A stretch of DNA of 64,000 nt from an uncultured Succinivibrio sp. (GTDB taxonomy: Bacteria > Pseudomonadota > Gammaproteobacteria > Enterobacterales > Succinivibrionaceae): contig CAAGLL010000013.1 in the NCBI GenBank assembly GCA_900770725.1, forward strand, positions 23,332 to 87,331, given 5' to 3'. The translations under genes and the position numbers were made by a program. The notes below the pieces were generated by a model. The model ran no database searches. It was not told the DNA's origin and saw only the letters and a program-made list of their open reading frames with translations. Positions 45,406 to 53,964 of the stretch are shown here, one piece after another. Every line of letters begins with the position of its first letter. Positions within the stretch are counted from its first letter, which is position 1.

Positions 45406-46698
45406 ATGGAATCCCTAATCACATGGTGCTGCGCGCTGCTACTGCTGCTGCTATTCATCAAGATACCGGTCTTTGTGGCGCTGCTGTCGGCATCCGCACT
45501 GTACTTCTTCATTGACTCGGACGTGCTGCCGTCGCTGTTCATACAGCGTTTGATCTCCGGCACCCAGAACCTCGCCCTCCTTGCGATCCCGTTCTTCGTA
45601 TGCGCGGGCATCTTCATGAACTACACTGGCGTCACTAGGCGCATCATGGTCTTCTGCGAGGCGCTCATAGGAGGAATGCGCGGGGCCATCGGGCAAGTCA
45701 CCATCCTGCTTGCAACCCTGATGGGCGGCCTTTCCGGATCGGGGCTTGCCGATGCCGCAATGGAAGCCAAGATGCTCTCACCTGAGCTACAAAAGCGCGG
45801 ATTCTCAAACGCCTTCAGCTCGGTGCTGGTCGCCACGGCCGCGATCATCACCCCGCTGATCCCTCCTGGGATAGCGATGATCATCTACGGCACGGTGGCG
45901 AATTTGTCGATAGGCAAGCTGTTCGTTGCCGGCATCGGGCCTGGCCTGATGCTCTGCGTGATGCTGATGCTGTATGTGGCAGTGTTCTCATACAGCCATG
46001 CCAACACCATCAAGAAGTCTGACGAACCGTTCTCGCTCAAGCGCCTTGCTGTCGCCTTCAAAGGGGCGTTCCTGCCTCTGTGCCTGCCTGTGATCATCAT
46101 CGGCGGCATCAGGATCGGCGCCTTCACCCCCACGGAGGCAGGCGCGATTGCCATCGTCTATGCGCTCTTCCTTGGAGTCCTTTACCACGAGATGAAGCTA
46201 AAGGATCTCGTAAAGGGGATCACCGAGACCGTGGTGACATCCGGGGCCATCATGATCATCATCGCGGCGGCTTCGGCCTTCGCCTGGATCATGACGCGCG
46301 AGCGCATCCCGCAGCAGATCACCCTTGCCTTCTCCGCCTACCTGAACAGCAAGATAGTGTTCCTGCTGGCCCTCAACCTGTTCATCCTGTTCATCGGCAT
46401 GTTCGTCGAGGGCAATGCGGCGATGATCATCATCGTGCCGTTGATCGCGCCTTTGGCCTACCATTTCGGGATCGACCCGATTCATTTCGCGACAATCGTG
46501 ATCTTCAACTTCTCGCTCGGCGCGCTCTCGCCACCGGTAGGCACGCTCATGTTCGTGACCTGCTCGGTGACCAAGTGCCCGATCGGAAGCTTCATCCGCG
46601 AGGCGGTTCCGTTCTACCTGATCCTGCTGCTGGGACTCCTCATGATCACCTTTATCCCGTGGATCAGCACCGGCTTGGTGAACTTGATCTACAACTGA
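45406..46698 (+). CDS. TRAP transporter large permease DctM
   Basis: LAIPFF, LSGSGLADAA, LIPPGI, FTPTEA, SPPVG. Confidence 0.92.
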   Translation: MESLITWCCALLLLLLFIKIPVFVALLSASALYFFIDSDVLPSLFIQRLISGTQNLALLAIPFFVCAGIFMNYTGVTRRIMVFCEALIGGMRGAIGQVTILLATLMGGLSGSGLADAAMEAKMLSPELQKRGFSNAFSSVLVATAAIITPLIPPGIAMIIYGTVANLSIGKLFVAGIGPGLMLCVMLMLYVAVFSYSHANTIKKSDEPFSLKRLAVAFKGAFLPLCLPVIIIGGIRIGAFTPTEAGAIAIVYALFLGVLYHEMKLKDLVKGITETVVTSGAIMIIIAAASAFAWIMTRERIPQQITLAFSAYLNSKIVFLLALNLFILFIGMFVEGNAAMIIIVPLIAPLAYHFGIDPIHFATIVIFNFSLGALSPPVGTLMFVTCSVTKCPIGSFIREAVPFYLILLLGLLMITFIPWISTGLVNLIYN

Positions 46699-46721
46699 TT
46701 CGGCCTGCAATTCCATTGCGC

Positions 46722-46754
46722 AAGGCGCCGGAGGCACCGCCCCGGCGCCTTTTT
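46722..46754 (+). terminator. Terminator closing the sugar-acid operon
   Basis: AAGGCGCCGG/CCGGCGCCTT stem plus T-run. Confidence 0.75.
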
Positions 46755-46851
46755 GTGTGCGCCGCATCGAAAAATCATGGATAACAGCCCGTTGGAATGT
46801 GCCTGAACCGCCAAAGCCGCAACGGCTGCGGAACGGCCAAGGCCAGGGCTT

Positions 46852-46860
46852 TGCTATAAT
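46852..46860 (+). promoter_or_regulatory. Extended -10 promoter for the SHMT-like gene and dusA
   Basis: TGcTATAAT about 30 nt upstream of ATG 46892, with GGGGAG RBS in between. Confidence 0.6.
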
Positions 46861-46891
46861 TCTGCCAACGTCAAACTACAGGGGAGCAACC

Positions 46892-48160
46892 ATGATTTCT
46901 TTGTCCGCGCTTGAGAAGATCGACCCGGAGCTGTACAGCTATTTTGAAAAGGAGATGGAGCACCAGCACTCGTCGCTCTCCTTCATCCCCGACGAGAACG
47001 CGACCAGCCCGCTGTGCGCGTCGATCATGGGCAGCGTGCTCGTGAACTCGGCAGGCAGGATCTCCTACGCCAGGAGCGAGGATCTCGAGAAGCTCACCCT
47101 GAGGCGCATCTGCGAGCTCTTCGGCGCCCCCTGCGCCAACATCCGCACGCTGAACATCGAGGCAGCATCCCGCGTGGTGTTCCAGGCCCTCACCAAGAGG
47201 GGCGACGTGGTGCTCTCGCTCGATCTGCGCAAGAAGGAGCACTGCAACAGCGAGAATCTGGTGTTCCGCTTCGTCAACTACGGCATCAGCCCCAAGACCA
47301 GGCAGCTTGACTACGGCGACATCGAGCGCAAGGTCAAGGAGAACCACCCGCACCTCGTGATCCTCTCGCCGGTCAACTACCCCTTCGACATCGACTACCA
47401 GCGTCTCTCGGAGATCACCCGCGCCGCCGGCGCGCTCCTCTGGGTGGACATCTCCCAGACCTCCGGCCTCATCGCCGCGGGCGTGCTCCAGTCCCCGGTG
47501 CCGTACTCCGACATCGTGACCTTCACGATGCAGGGCGCGATGCAGGGCCCGCAGTGCGCGGTGATCCTCTCAAAGTCCGAGCACGGCGGTGCGATCAACC
47601 GCGCCGTCAACACCTCCGGCCACCGCGGGCTGCTCACCGCGCAGCTCGCCGCGCTCTCGGCGCGCATCCACGAGATGGCGACCCCGGCCTACCGCGAGTA
47701 CTGCAAGGCCGTGCTCGAGAACGCCGTCGCGCTGGAGAGGGGACTCGCCTCGGCCGGGATCAAGCTCATAGGGCCGCAGACCCAGTCCCACTTCGTCATG
47801 GTCGACATGAAGGACACCGCGCTCTCGGCCCGCGGCGCGCAGGAGATGCTCGCCGACTGCGGCGTGATGGTCCGCAGCGCCCAGGTCATGACCTCCGACC
47901 CTGCAGTGAAGTACGACTCGGTGCGCTTGTCCGTGCTGAGCGCCACCACCCGCGGGGTCAAGGCCGCCGATCTCGAGCGCGCCGGCAAGGCCATCGGCCG
48001 CTACCTGCTCTCGCCTGACGACGAGCGCACCCGCGAGCTCTCAACGGTGATCGCCTCGATCACTGCGACGCTGCCTTTCTTCAGCAAGAAGTGGATCCCC
48101 GACGGGGTCGAGATCTCGCAGACCTTCGCCCCCGAGCAGCTCCGCTCCAAGGCGGAATGA
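46892..48160 (+). CDS. Serine hydroxymethyltransferase (GlyA) homologue lacking the PLP-binding lysine
   Basis: IDPEL...E, LCELFGA..AN-like segment, SGLIAAGVLQSP, YCKAVLENA, TQSHFVMVD, VRL...ATTRG; TTHKT motif replaced by TMQGA. Confidence 0.85.
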   Translation: MISLSALEKIDPELYSYFEKEMEHQHSSLSFIPDENATSPLCASIMGSVLVNSAGRISYARSEDLEKLTLRRICELFGAPCANIRTLNIEAASRVVFQALTKRGDVVLSLDLRKKEHCNSENLVFRFVNYGISPKTRQLDYGDIERKVKENHPHLVILSPVNYPFDIDYQRLSEITRAAGALLWVDISQTSGLIAAGVLQSPVPYSDIVTFTMQGAMQGPQCAVILSKSEHGGAINRAVNTSGHRGLLTAQLAALSARIHEMATPAYREYCKAVLENAVALERGLASAGIKLIGPQTQSHFVMVDMKDTALSARGAQEMLADCGVMVRSAQVMTSDPAVKYDSVRLSVLSATTRGVKAADLERAGKAIGRYLLSPDDERTRELSTVIASITATLPFFSKKWIPDGVEISQTFAPEQLRSKAE

Positions 48161-49152
48161 CGGCGTTGGAATACTTCCTCCCGTCAGACCGCTTCTCGGC
48201 CGCGCCCATGGTCGACGTCACCACGCCGGCCTTCCGCCGCGCGGCCAGGATCTTCACCAAGAAGGCCACGCTCTACACCGAGATGATCGCCGCGCAGGCG
48301 ATCGTCCACGGCAAGCTCTCGCTCTTGGAGTTCTCACCCGAGGAGATGCCGCTGGTGCTCCAGCTGGGCGGCAGTGAGCCTCAGATGCTTGCCAAGGCCG
48401 CGCGCGAGGGCGAGAAGGCGGGCTTTGCCGCCATCAACCTCAACGCGGGCTGCCCCTCTGACAAGGTTCAGTCAGGCGAGTTCGGCGCGGTGATGATGAA
48501 GGATCCTGAGCATCTTGCAGCCTGCGTCGAGGCGATGCAGGACGCGGTCTCCATCCCGGTCACCGTCAAGACCCGCATCGGCGTGGACGACCTCGACTCC
48601 GAGGATTTCACCAGAAAGCTCATCGGCGCGATCTACTCGACCGGCTGCCGCCACGTGGTGATCCACGCGCGCAAGGCCTGGCTCAACGGCCTCTCGCCCA
48701 AGGAGAACCGCAGCGTCCCGCTGCTTGACTACCCGCGCGTCTACCGCCTGAAGGAGCTCTTCCCGGGTCTTGCGATCACGATAAACGGCGGCATCACCAC
48801 GATCGGGCAGTGCAAGGAGCACCTCTCCCATGTGGACGGCGTGATGCTGGGCCGTGCCCTCGTGGACAACCCCTACATCATGGCCTATGTCGACAGCGGG
48901 ATCTTCGGGGACGGCAGCGCGGTAAAGTCGCGCGAGCAGATCCTGGAGGAGGCCATGGAGCTTGCCTCCAAGTTCAAGTCAGAAGGCCAGCCCTTCCGCC
49001 GCTTAGGCCAGCACTTTTTAAACCTCTTTGCCTCCTGCCCGGGGTCGCGGCGCTACCGCCAGCACCTCTCCTCCCACATGGGGGACGAGGACGGGGCCCG
49101 GGTGCTTGCGGACGCCTACGCCAGGATGAAAGGCGATGCAGGGCGGGAGTGA
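48157..49152 (+). CDS. dusA: tRNA-dihydrouridine synthase A
   Basis: APMVD, LYTEM, LQLGGS, INLNAGCPSDKVQSG, VKTRIG, HARKAWLNGLSPKENR. Confidence 0.92.
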   Translation: MTALEYFLPSDRFSAAPMVDVTTPAFRRAARIFTKKATLYTEMIAAQAIVHGKLSLLEFSPEEMPLVLQLGGSEPQMLAKAAREGEKAGFAAINLNAGCPSDKVQSGEFGAVMMKDPEHLAACVEAMQDAVSIPVTVKTRIGVDDLDSEDFTRKLIGAIYSTGCRHVVIHARKAWLNGLSPKENRSVPLLDYPRVYRLKELFPGLAITINGGITTIGQCKEHLSHVDGVMLGRALVDNPYIMAYVDSGIFGDGSAVKSREQILEEAMELASKFKSEGQPFRRLGQHFLNLFASCPGSRRYRQHLSSHMGDEDGARVLADAYARMKGDAGRE

Positions 49153-49174
49153 ATGAATCAGCGAGGATAAGCAA

Positions 49175-50038
49175 ATGGATCTTTCAATCAAGTCGTGCTT
49201 CCAGCTCAACAACGGCGTGATGATGCCGGTGCTCGGGCTTGGCGTGTTCAAGGCCGCCTCGGGCGAGATCACCGAGGGCGCGGTCAAGGCCGCGCTCTCC
49301 TGCGGCTACCGCATGATCGACACCGCCCGCGCCTACGGCAACGAGCAGAGCGTGGGCAAGGGGATCGCCGAGTCGGGGGTGCCGCGCGAGGAGATCTTCG
49401 TGACGACCAAGCTTTGGAAGACCGACTATGCCGATCCGCGCAAGGGGCTTGAGGGCTCGCTCAAGCGCCTGGGGCTCGACTACATCGACCTCTTCCTGCT
49501 CCACTGGCCGTTCAAGGGCTTCGAGGATGCCTGGCTCAAGCTTGAGGATCTGCAAAAGGAGGGGCTGTGCCGCGCCATCGGCGTCTCCAACTTCAAGATC
49601 CACCACTTGGAGGAGTTGAAGAGGGGCGGCGCCACCGTGATCCCGCAGGTCAACCAGATGGAGATCCACCCGGTGAACACCGAGGAGGATCTGTGCAACT
49701 ACTGCCGCCGCAACAAGATCCAGATGGAGGCCTACTCGCCCTTAGGCGGCGAGGGCAGGCTGCTCGTCGATGATCCGCGCCTTGTGGGCATGCGCGAGTA
49801 CTACAAGCGCACGCCTGCGCAGATCCTGCTGCGCTGGAACCTCCAGCGCGGGATCGCGGTGATCCCCAAGTCCGTGCACGAGGAGCGCATCCGCGAGAAC
49901 GCCGGGCTCTTCGACTTCGACCTCTCGCAGGGCGATCTGGCGACCATATCCGACATGAACGCCAACGACCGCCGCAACTACGATCCCGACAAGATAGACA
50001 GCCGCCCCTCGTGGATGGAGCCGGCCTTCTCGGACTGA
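49175..50038 (+). CDS. Aldo/keto reductase (DkgA/YtbE-like)
   Basis: GLGVF, IDTARAYGNE, VTTKLW, LLHWP, IGVSNF, IPKS. Confidence 0.92.
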   Translation: MDLSIKSCFQLNNGVMMPVLGLGVFKAASGEITEGAVKAALSCGYRMIDTARAYGNEQSVGKGIAESGVPREEIFVTTKLWKTDYADPRKGLEGSLKRLGLDYIDLFLLHWPFKGFEDAWLKLEDLQKEGLCRAIGVSNFKIHHLEELKRGGATVIPQVNQMEIHPVNTEEDLCNYCRRNKIQMEAYSPLGGEGRLLVDDPRLVGMREYYKRTPAQILLRWNLQRGIAVIPKSVHEERIRENAGLFDFDLSQGDLATISDMNANDRRNYDPDKIDSRPSWMEPAFSD

Positions 50039-50050
50039 GCGCCCAAAAAC

Positions 50051-50089
50051 AGCAAGGCCCCGCCGGACACTGTCCGGCGGGGCCTTGCT
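50051..50089. terminator. Long palindrome / bidirectional terminator between convergent genes
   Basis: 19-bp perfect arms AGCAAGGCCCCGCCGGACA-c-TGTCCGGCGGGGCCTTGCT. Confidence 0.7.
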
Positions 50090-50101
50090 TGCTATGGTCG
50101 C

Positions 50102-50722
50102 TCAAGGGAGCAGGTAGTCTGAGATGATCTTCCCGTCTGCAACCTGGAGCGCGGTCATGTGGGCGGCCTTGATCCCCTGGAGCCCCACCTTGGTGTCCTC
50201 GAACACGAGGCAGTCCTCAGGGGCGACGCCCAGGCGCTTTGCCGCCTCGAGGTAGGTGTCGGGGGCGGGCTTGCAGTGCTTGACCTGGTCGGAGGTGACG
50301 ATCGCGTCGATGGAATCGATGAGGCCGTGGCGGGTGAGCAGCCTCTTGGTCTCGGAGAGCTGCGAGCCGGTGGCGACGGCGATCTTCTGGCCGCGGGCCT
50401 TGCCGTCCTTGAGCAGCTTGGCGATGGGCTCGAAGAGCGGCACCTTGTCGAGGTACTTGCTGATGTAGAGGTCGGTCTTGCGGCGGGCGGTCGCGACCGG
50501 ATCGAGATCGGTCCTGCCTGCCTCCTTGCAGCGCATGCGGAAGATCTGCGCCGAGCTGATGCCGCCGACGCTCTGGATGTAGTCCCAGTCCATGAGCGGC
50601 ATGCCCACGGACTTTAGGATCTCGTTCCATGCGTTAAGGTGCGAGGGCTCGCTGTCGATGAGCGTGCCGTCGAGGTCGAACACCAGCGCCTTGTAGGTCG
50701 CTATCCTGCTTAAATCGGTCAT
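50102..50722 (-). CDS. HAD family phosphatase (YqaB/beta-PGM-like)
   Basis: FDLDGTL, VATG, KPAPD, VFED motifs. Confidence 0.9.
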   Translation of the reverse strand: MTDLSRIATYKALVFDLDGTLIDSEPSHLNAWNEILKSVGMPLMDWDYIQSVGGISSAQIFRMRCKEAGRTDLDPVATARRKTDLYISKYLDKVPLFEPIAKLLKDGKARGQKIAVATGSQLSETKRLLTRHGLIDSIDAIVTSDQVKHCKPAPDTYLEAAKRLGVAPEDCLVFEDTKVGLQGIKAAHMTALQVADGKIISDYLLP

Positions 50723-50786
50723 CTTAGTGCCTTGTCGTTGTGTTTTTATCGTTTAATCCGAGGCGCCGCGCAGGCGCCAAGGCTTG

Positions 50787-51296
50787 TCAGTCGTCTATTA
50801 TCTTGCCTGCAAACGACTCTGGAGTGTCGTCGGGCCAGTTCTTTGGATCGATGCTCACGAGCGTGCCGTCGGGGTTCCTCAGCACCACGCGGGCGATCTG
50901 CGCGTTCAGGATCAGCCTCTGGCACATCGCGCAGGGGCTGTTCTGGGCGGTGGGCTCTCCGGTCTTGGCATCGGTGCCGCACAGGTAGAGCGTGCCGCCG
51001 ACGATGGCCAGCGGATCGCCGTTGATGATGGCGTTGGCCTCGGCGTGCACGGCGCGGCAGAGCTCGTAGTGGGTGCCCGGCTTGATCTTGAGCTGGTCGC
51101 GCAGGCACACCCCGATGTCGGTGCAGTTGGCGCGGCAGCGCGGAGCCCCGTTGTAGCCCGTCGAGACGATCCTGCCGTCCACCGACACGATGACGGCGCC
51201 GTAGCGGCGCCTCAGGCAGGTGGAGCGCATGGAGACGGCGTCTGCGATCTCCATGAAGGATTCATCCTTGGTGGGCCTAATGTATTTGTCTGTCAT
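50787..51296 (-). CDS. dCMP deaminase family protein
   Basis: RSTCLRR, TGYNGAP, HAEANA, PCAMC zinc-deaminase motifs. Confidence 0.9.
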   Translation of the reverse strand: MTDKYIRPTKDESFMEIADAVSMRSTCLRRRYGAVIVSVDGRIVSTGYNGAPRCRANCTDIGVCLRDQLKIKPGTHYELCRAVHAEANAIINGDPLAIVGGTLYLCGTDAKTGEPTAQNSPCAMCQRLILNAQIARVVLRNPDGTLVSIDPKNWPDDTPESFAGKIIDD

Positions 51297-51446
51297 CTCA
51301 TAGCCTCATTTTTGCGTGTCAATTATGGCAGAAAGGCGGGGCGCCCATGAGCAGATGAGCAATTTTCATGGAAAGATTGGAGTGGCCGCAGGAGGGCTGG
51401 GATCTGATGCGGCCAAGATCGCAGGCGATCCCAGGGGCTGGTTTTC

Positions 51447-51521
51447 TGATAGAATATGCGAGCTGTTTTTCTGGTCGCAGGAAAACAGCTTTGTTTAACC
51501 TACTTAATGGAACATAACACC
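51447..51521 (+). promoter_or_regulatory. rplY promoter and structured leader (L25 leader-like)
   Basis: Extended -10 TGaTAGAAT; 13-bp hairpin AGCTGTTTTTCTG-gtcg-CAGGAAAACAGCT; AU-rich spacer with weak SD. Confidence 0.65.
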
Positions 51522-51806
51522 ATGGCTATCGTTTTAGAAGCAACTGAGCGCAAGGACCTGGGGAGAGGTGCGAGCCGCCGCCTTCGTCGCGCTGAGATGG
51601 TTCCGGCTGTCATCACCGGCGGCAAGGATCCTGCAATCTCCATCACCATTGACGGCAAGAAGCTGATCCTCGCATGCCTGAACGACGAGTTCTACAAGGG
51701 CTGCACCCTCAAGCTCAATGGCAAGGAGATCAACGTCAAGCCCGTTGAGATCCAGCGCCACCCGGTCTCCGAGGCTGTCCTCCACGTGGACTTCCTCCGC
51801 GTCTGA
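51522..51806 (+). CDS. rplY: 50S ribosomal protein L25 (short form)
   Basis: GRGASRRLRR, VPAVI.GG, IQRHP, HVDFLR; 94 aa. Confidence 0.95.
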   Translation: MAIVLEATERKDLGRGASRRLRRAEMVPAVITGGKDPAISITIDGKKLILACLNDEFYKGCTLKLNGKEINVKPVEIQRHPVSEAVLHVDFLRV

Positions 51807-51825
51807 TAGCGCCTCATGACAGCAG

Positions 51826-51853
51826 AGGGCCGGCCCGATTGGGCCGGCCCTTT
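51826..51853 (+). terminator. Terminator after rplY
   Basis: AGGGCCGGCCC-gatt-GGGCCGGCCCT followed by TT. Confidence 0.65.
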
Positions 51854-51886
51854 AAGTCTCAGCCCCGCCCATGCGGGGATTTTTCA

Positions 51887-53065
51887 TCAGTAGCCCTTCT
51901 CGAAGGCGTTGTCCTCCTTGCTCCAGACCAGCCTCACCTCGGTGTCGCGCGGGATCGAGTATGGCGAGCAGGCCTTGATGTAGTCCGTCACGATCTTCGA
52001 GTCGACGCCGTCAGGGGCCTTCAGGCCGAAGGAGATCGGGCAGGTGAAGGTGTCTGGCCTGCTCATGAGGCCCTTGGTGCCTTTCTGCATGGTTATGTCG
52101 CCTTTGACCTCAGGCGCCGTCCTGCCCAGGAGCATCATGGTCGGCAGGCCGTGGTAGCGGCTCTTGTCCCCGGAGAGGATCTCCTTTTTGCCCTTGTCCG
52201 TGAAGTTGATCTTCACGCCGGCAAGCGTGGCCTTTTGGATCTTCGGGTTTCCGAAGGCGTCGTAGTAGTCGAAATTGACCATGCCTTCCTCGAGCTTGAG
52301 GTAGCCTGCCGCCTCGTAGGCCTTGAGCAGGGCGTAGGCCTTCTGGTACTCCTCCTTGTACTCCTCCGACTTGAACTTGGTCGACTCGGAAGAATAGAAG
52401 TTCCAGTACTTGCGGTCTTCGGCAGGCACGCGGCTGTCGGAGGTCGGGAAGGCCATGAGGTAGGAGTAGTCGGTGTCCGACGCGTACGCGAAGAACCCAG
52501 GCACGTTTATCTTGATCACCGAAGGATCCTCGTCATCGCCGCCGCCTAGCATCTGCGAGGCGGTGATGAAGCCGTGCCCCTGGTTTTCCGTGAAGACCTT
52601 GAGGCAGTCCTGCTTCTCAGGCGGCACCTGCTCCTCCTCAAGCGGGATCTTCCACTTGCCGTCCTGGAGCTTCTGGGCCTGGGCGCGGCCCTTCACCGTC
52701 TTGCCGTTCTCGAACGCCACCTCGTATGGGTAGTTGGCGCGCGTGCCGTTGTCAAAGACCTTGGGCTCGCCGAGCCTCACCTCCTTGATCTTGCTGCCGC
52801 CTGCCGCGGCGGTCGCGTCCTGCGCTCCCTTCACGATCTTGTCCTTGAGATCGAGCTCTCTGTGGTAGTTCATGTCCTTGGGGATCTCGAGGTTGTACTT
52901 CGAGAGGATCTCGCTTTCTTTGGCAGCGTAGTAGGACGAAAGGAAGTCCTTTATTGCTTCAGCATCCGTTGCTGCGCCCGATTGGGCGTCGGCCAGGGCG
53001 GCGCAGGGGATGGCAAGCGAGATAGCGGCGGCGCAGGCTGCCGCGAGGAAAATTGCGTTCTTCAT
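51887..53065 (-). CDS. Hypothetical exported protein with N-terminal NTF2-like (DUF4878-like) domain
   Basis: Signal peptide ending ALA; VAFENGKT...DGKWKI; AGGAG RBS. Confidence 0.7.
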   Translation of the reverse strand: MKNAIFLAAACAAAISLAIPCAALADAQSGAATDAEAIKDFLSSYYAAKESEILSKYNLEIPKDMNYHRELDLKDKIVKGAQDATAAAGGSKIKEVRLGEPKVFDNGTRANYPYEVAFENGKTVKGRAQAQKLQDGKWKIPLEEEQVPPEKQDCLKVFTENQGHGFITASQMLGGGDDEDPSVIKINVPGFFAYASDTDYSYLMAFPTSDSRVPAEDRKYWNFYSSESTKFKSEEYKEEYQKAYALLKAYEAAGYLKLEEGMVNFDYYDAFGNPKIQKATLAGVKINFTDKGKKEILSGDKSRYHGLPTMMLLGRTAPEVKGDITMQKGTKGLMSRPDTFTCPISFGLKAPDGVDSKIVTDYIKACSPYSIPRDTEVRLVWSKEDNAFEKGY

Positions 53066-53077
53066 GGGTGTTACTCC

Positions 53078-53497
53078 TTACCTGAGCTCGACTTTCCAGT
53101 CGCCCTTGCTGGTCTTGTTGAGGTAGACCTTGTGCTCCTCGGTCTTGCCGTTTCCGAAAGAGGCCTTGACGGTGACGAGCATGTGGTTGCCAGACTCGGT
53201 GGTGACGCTCCTTATGCTCTTGATCTCCTTGATCCCGCCTTGGTCGGCGACCTTGCGCTTCTCCTCCTCGAGCATAGGCTGGAGCTTGCCGGTCACCTCG
53301 TTCTTTGAAACGCCCTTCATCTGGACGGTGTCGAGGCAGTCGTAGAACTTGTCGAGATCGCCCTCGTAGCCTGCCTTGGAGAACTCGACGGCCACGCCCT
53401 CGGGCGTCTGGTCGCCGCAGCCTGTGAATGCGAAAGCCGCTCCCAGGATGGCCGCGGCCGCCGCAGCCTTCCTGAACCCTGAAAATTCAAAAGCCAT
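53078..53497 (-). CDS. DUF4878-like lipoprotein
   Basis: Lipobox FTGC; TPEGVA, GGIKEI, FGNGKT, GDWKV. Confidence 0.8.
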   Translation of the reverse strand: MAFEFSGFRKAAAAAAILGAAFAFTGCGDQTPEGVAVEFSKAGYEGDLDKFYDCLDTVQMKGVSKNEVTGKLQPMLEEEKRKVADQGGIKEIKSIRSVTTESGNHMLVTVKASFGNGKTEEHKVYLNKTSKGDWKVELR

Positions 53498-53964
53498 GTT
53501 TTGACTCCATGTTGTTGTCATCTAAGGCCCGTGCCGCCTGCGCGGCCGGACGTCAAAAAGTATCCCACCTTGGAATGCCAGATCCGCAGGCGATGGCATC
53601 CTTTGCAAGCCGGATCATGTTTCACATGACTAATAGCTTCTACAAACCATTACGAGATATCGTCATATCAATTTATAACACTTTCAAAAACGCAACGCGC
53701 AAGGTCTTGGTAATTTTGTGAGGCAGAATGGCTTTTGCAGCAAGTCGATGATGAGCGGTATGGCGACATTGAGCGTGAGGGGAATTGAAAGATCAGGAAA
53801 GCATTAATCGACGCCAAGACTTTCGCGCTGAGCCCATATCCGGCAGATGGCGGGCTTTTATTTTCATAACGCAAGGCCGGCCGCAGATTTGGCTACAGCA
53901 TGGTTCTATAATTTTTACATTGAATATCAATATAAAATTTTAGTTTTATCGCACAGTAAACAAT

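Noticed and set aside
50051..50089. Long palindromes (also 6367-6401, 33848-33890) as REP or MITE elements
   Set aside because: They share no sequence and each sits between convergent genes, as expected for terminators
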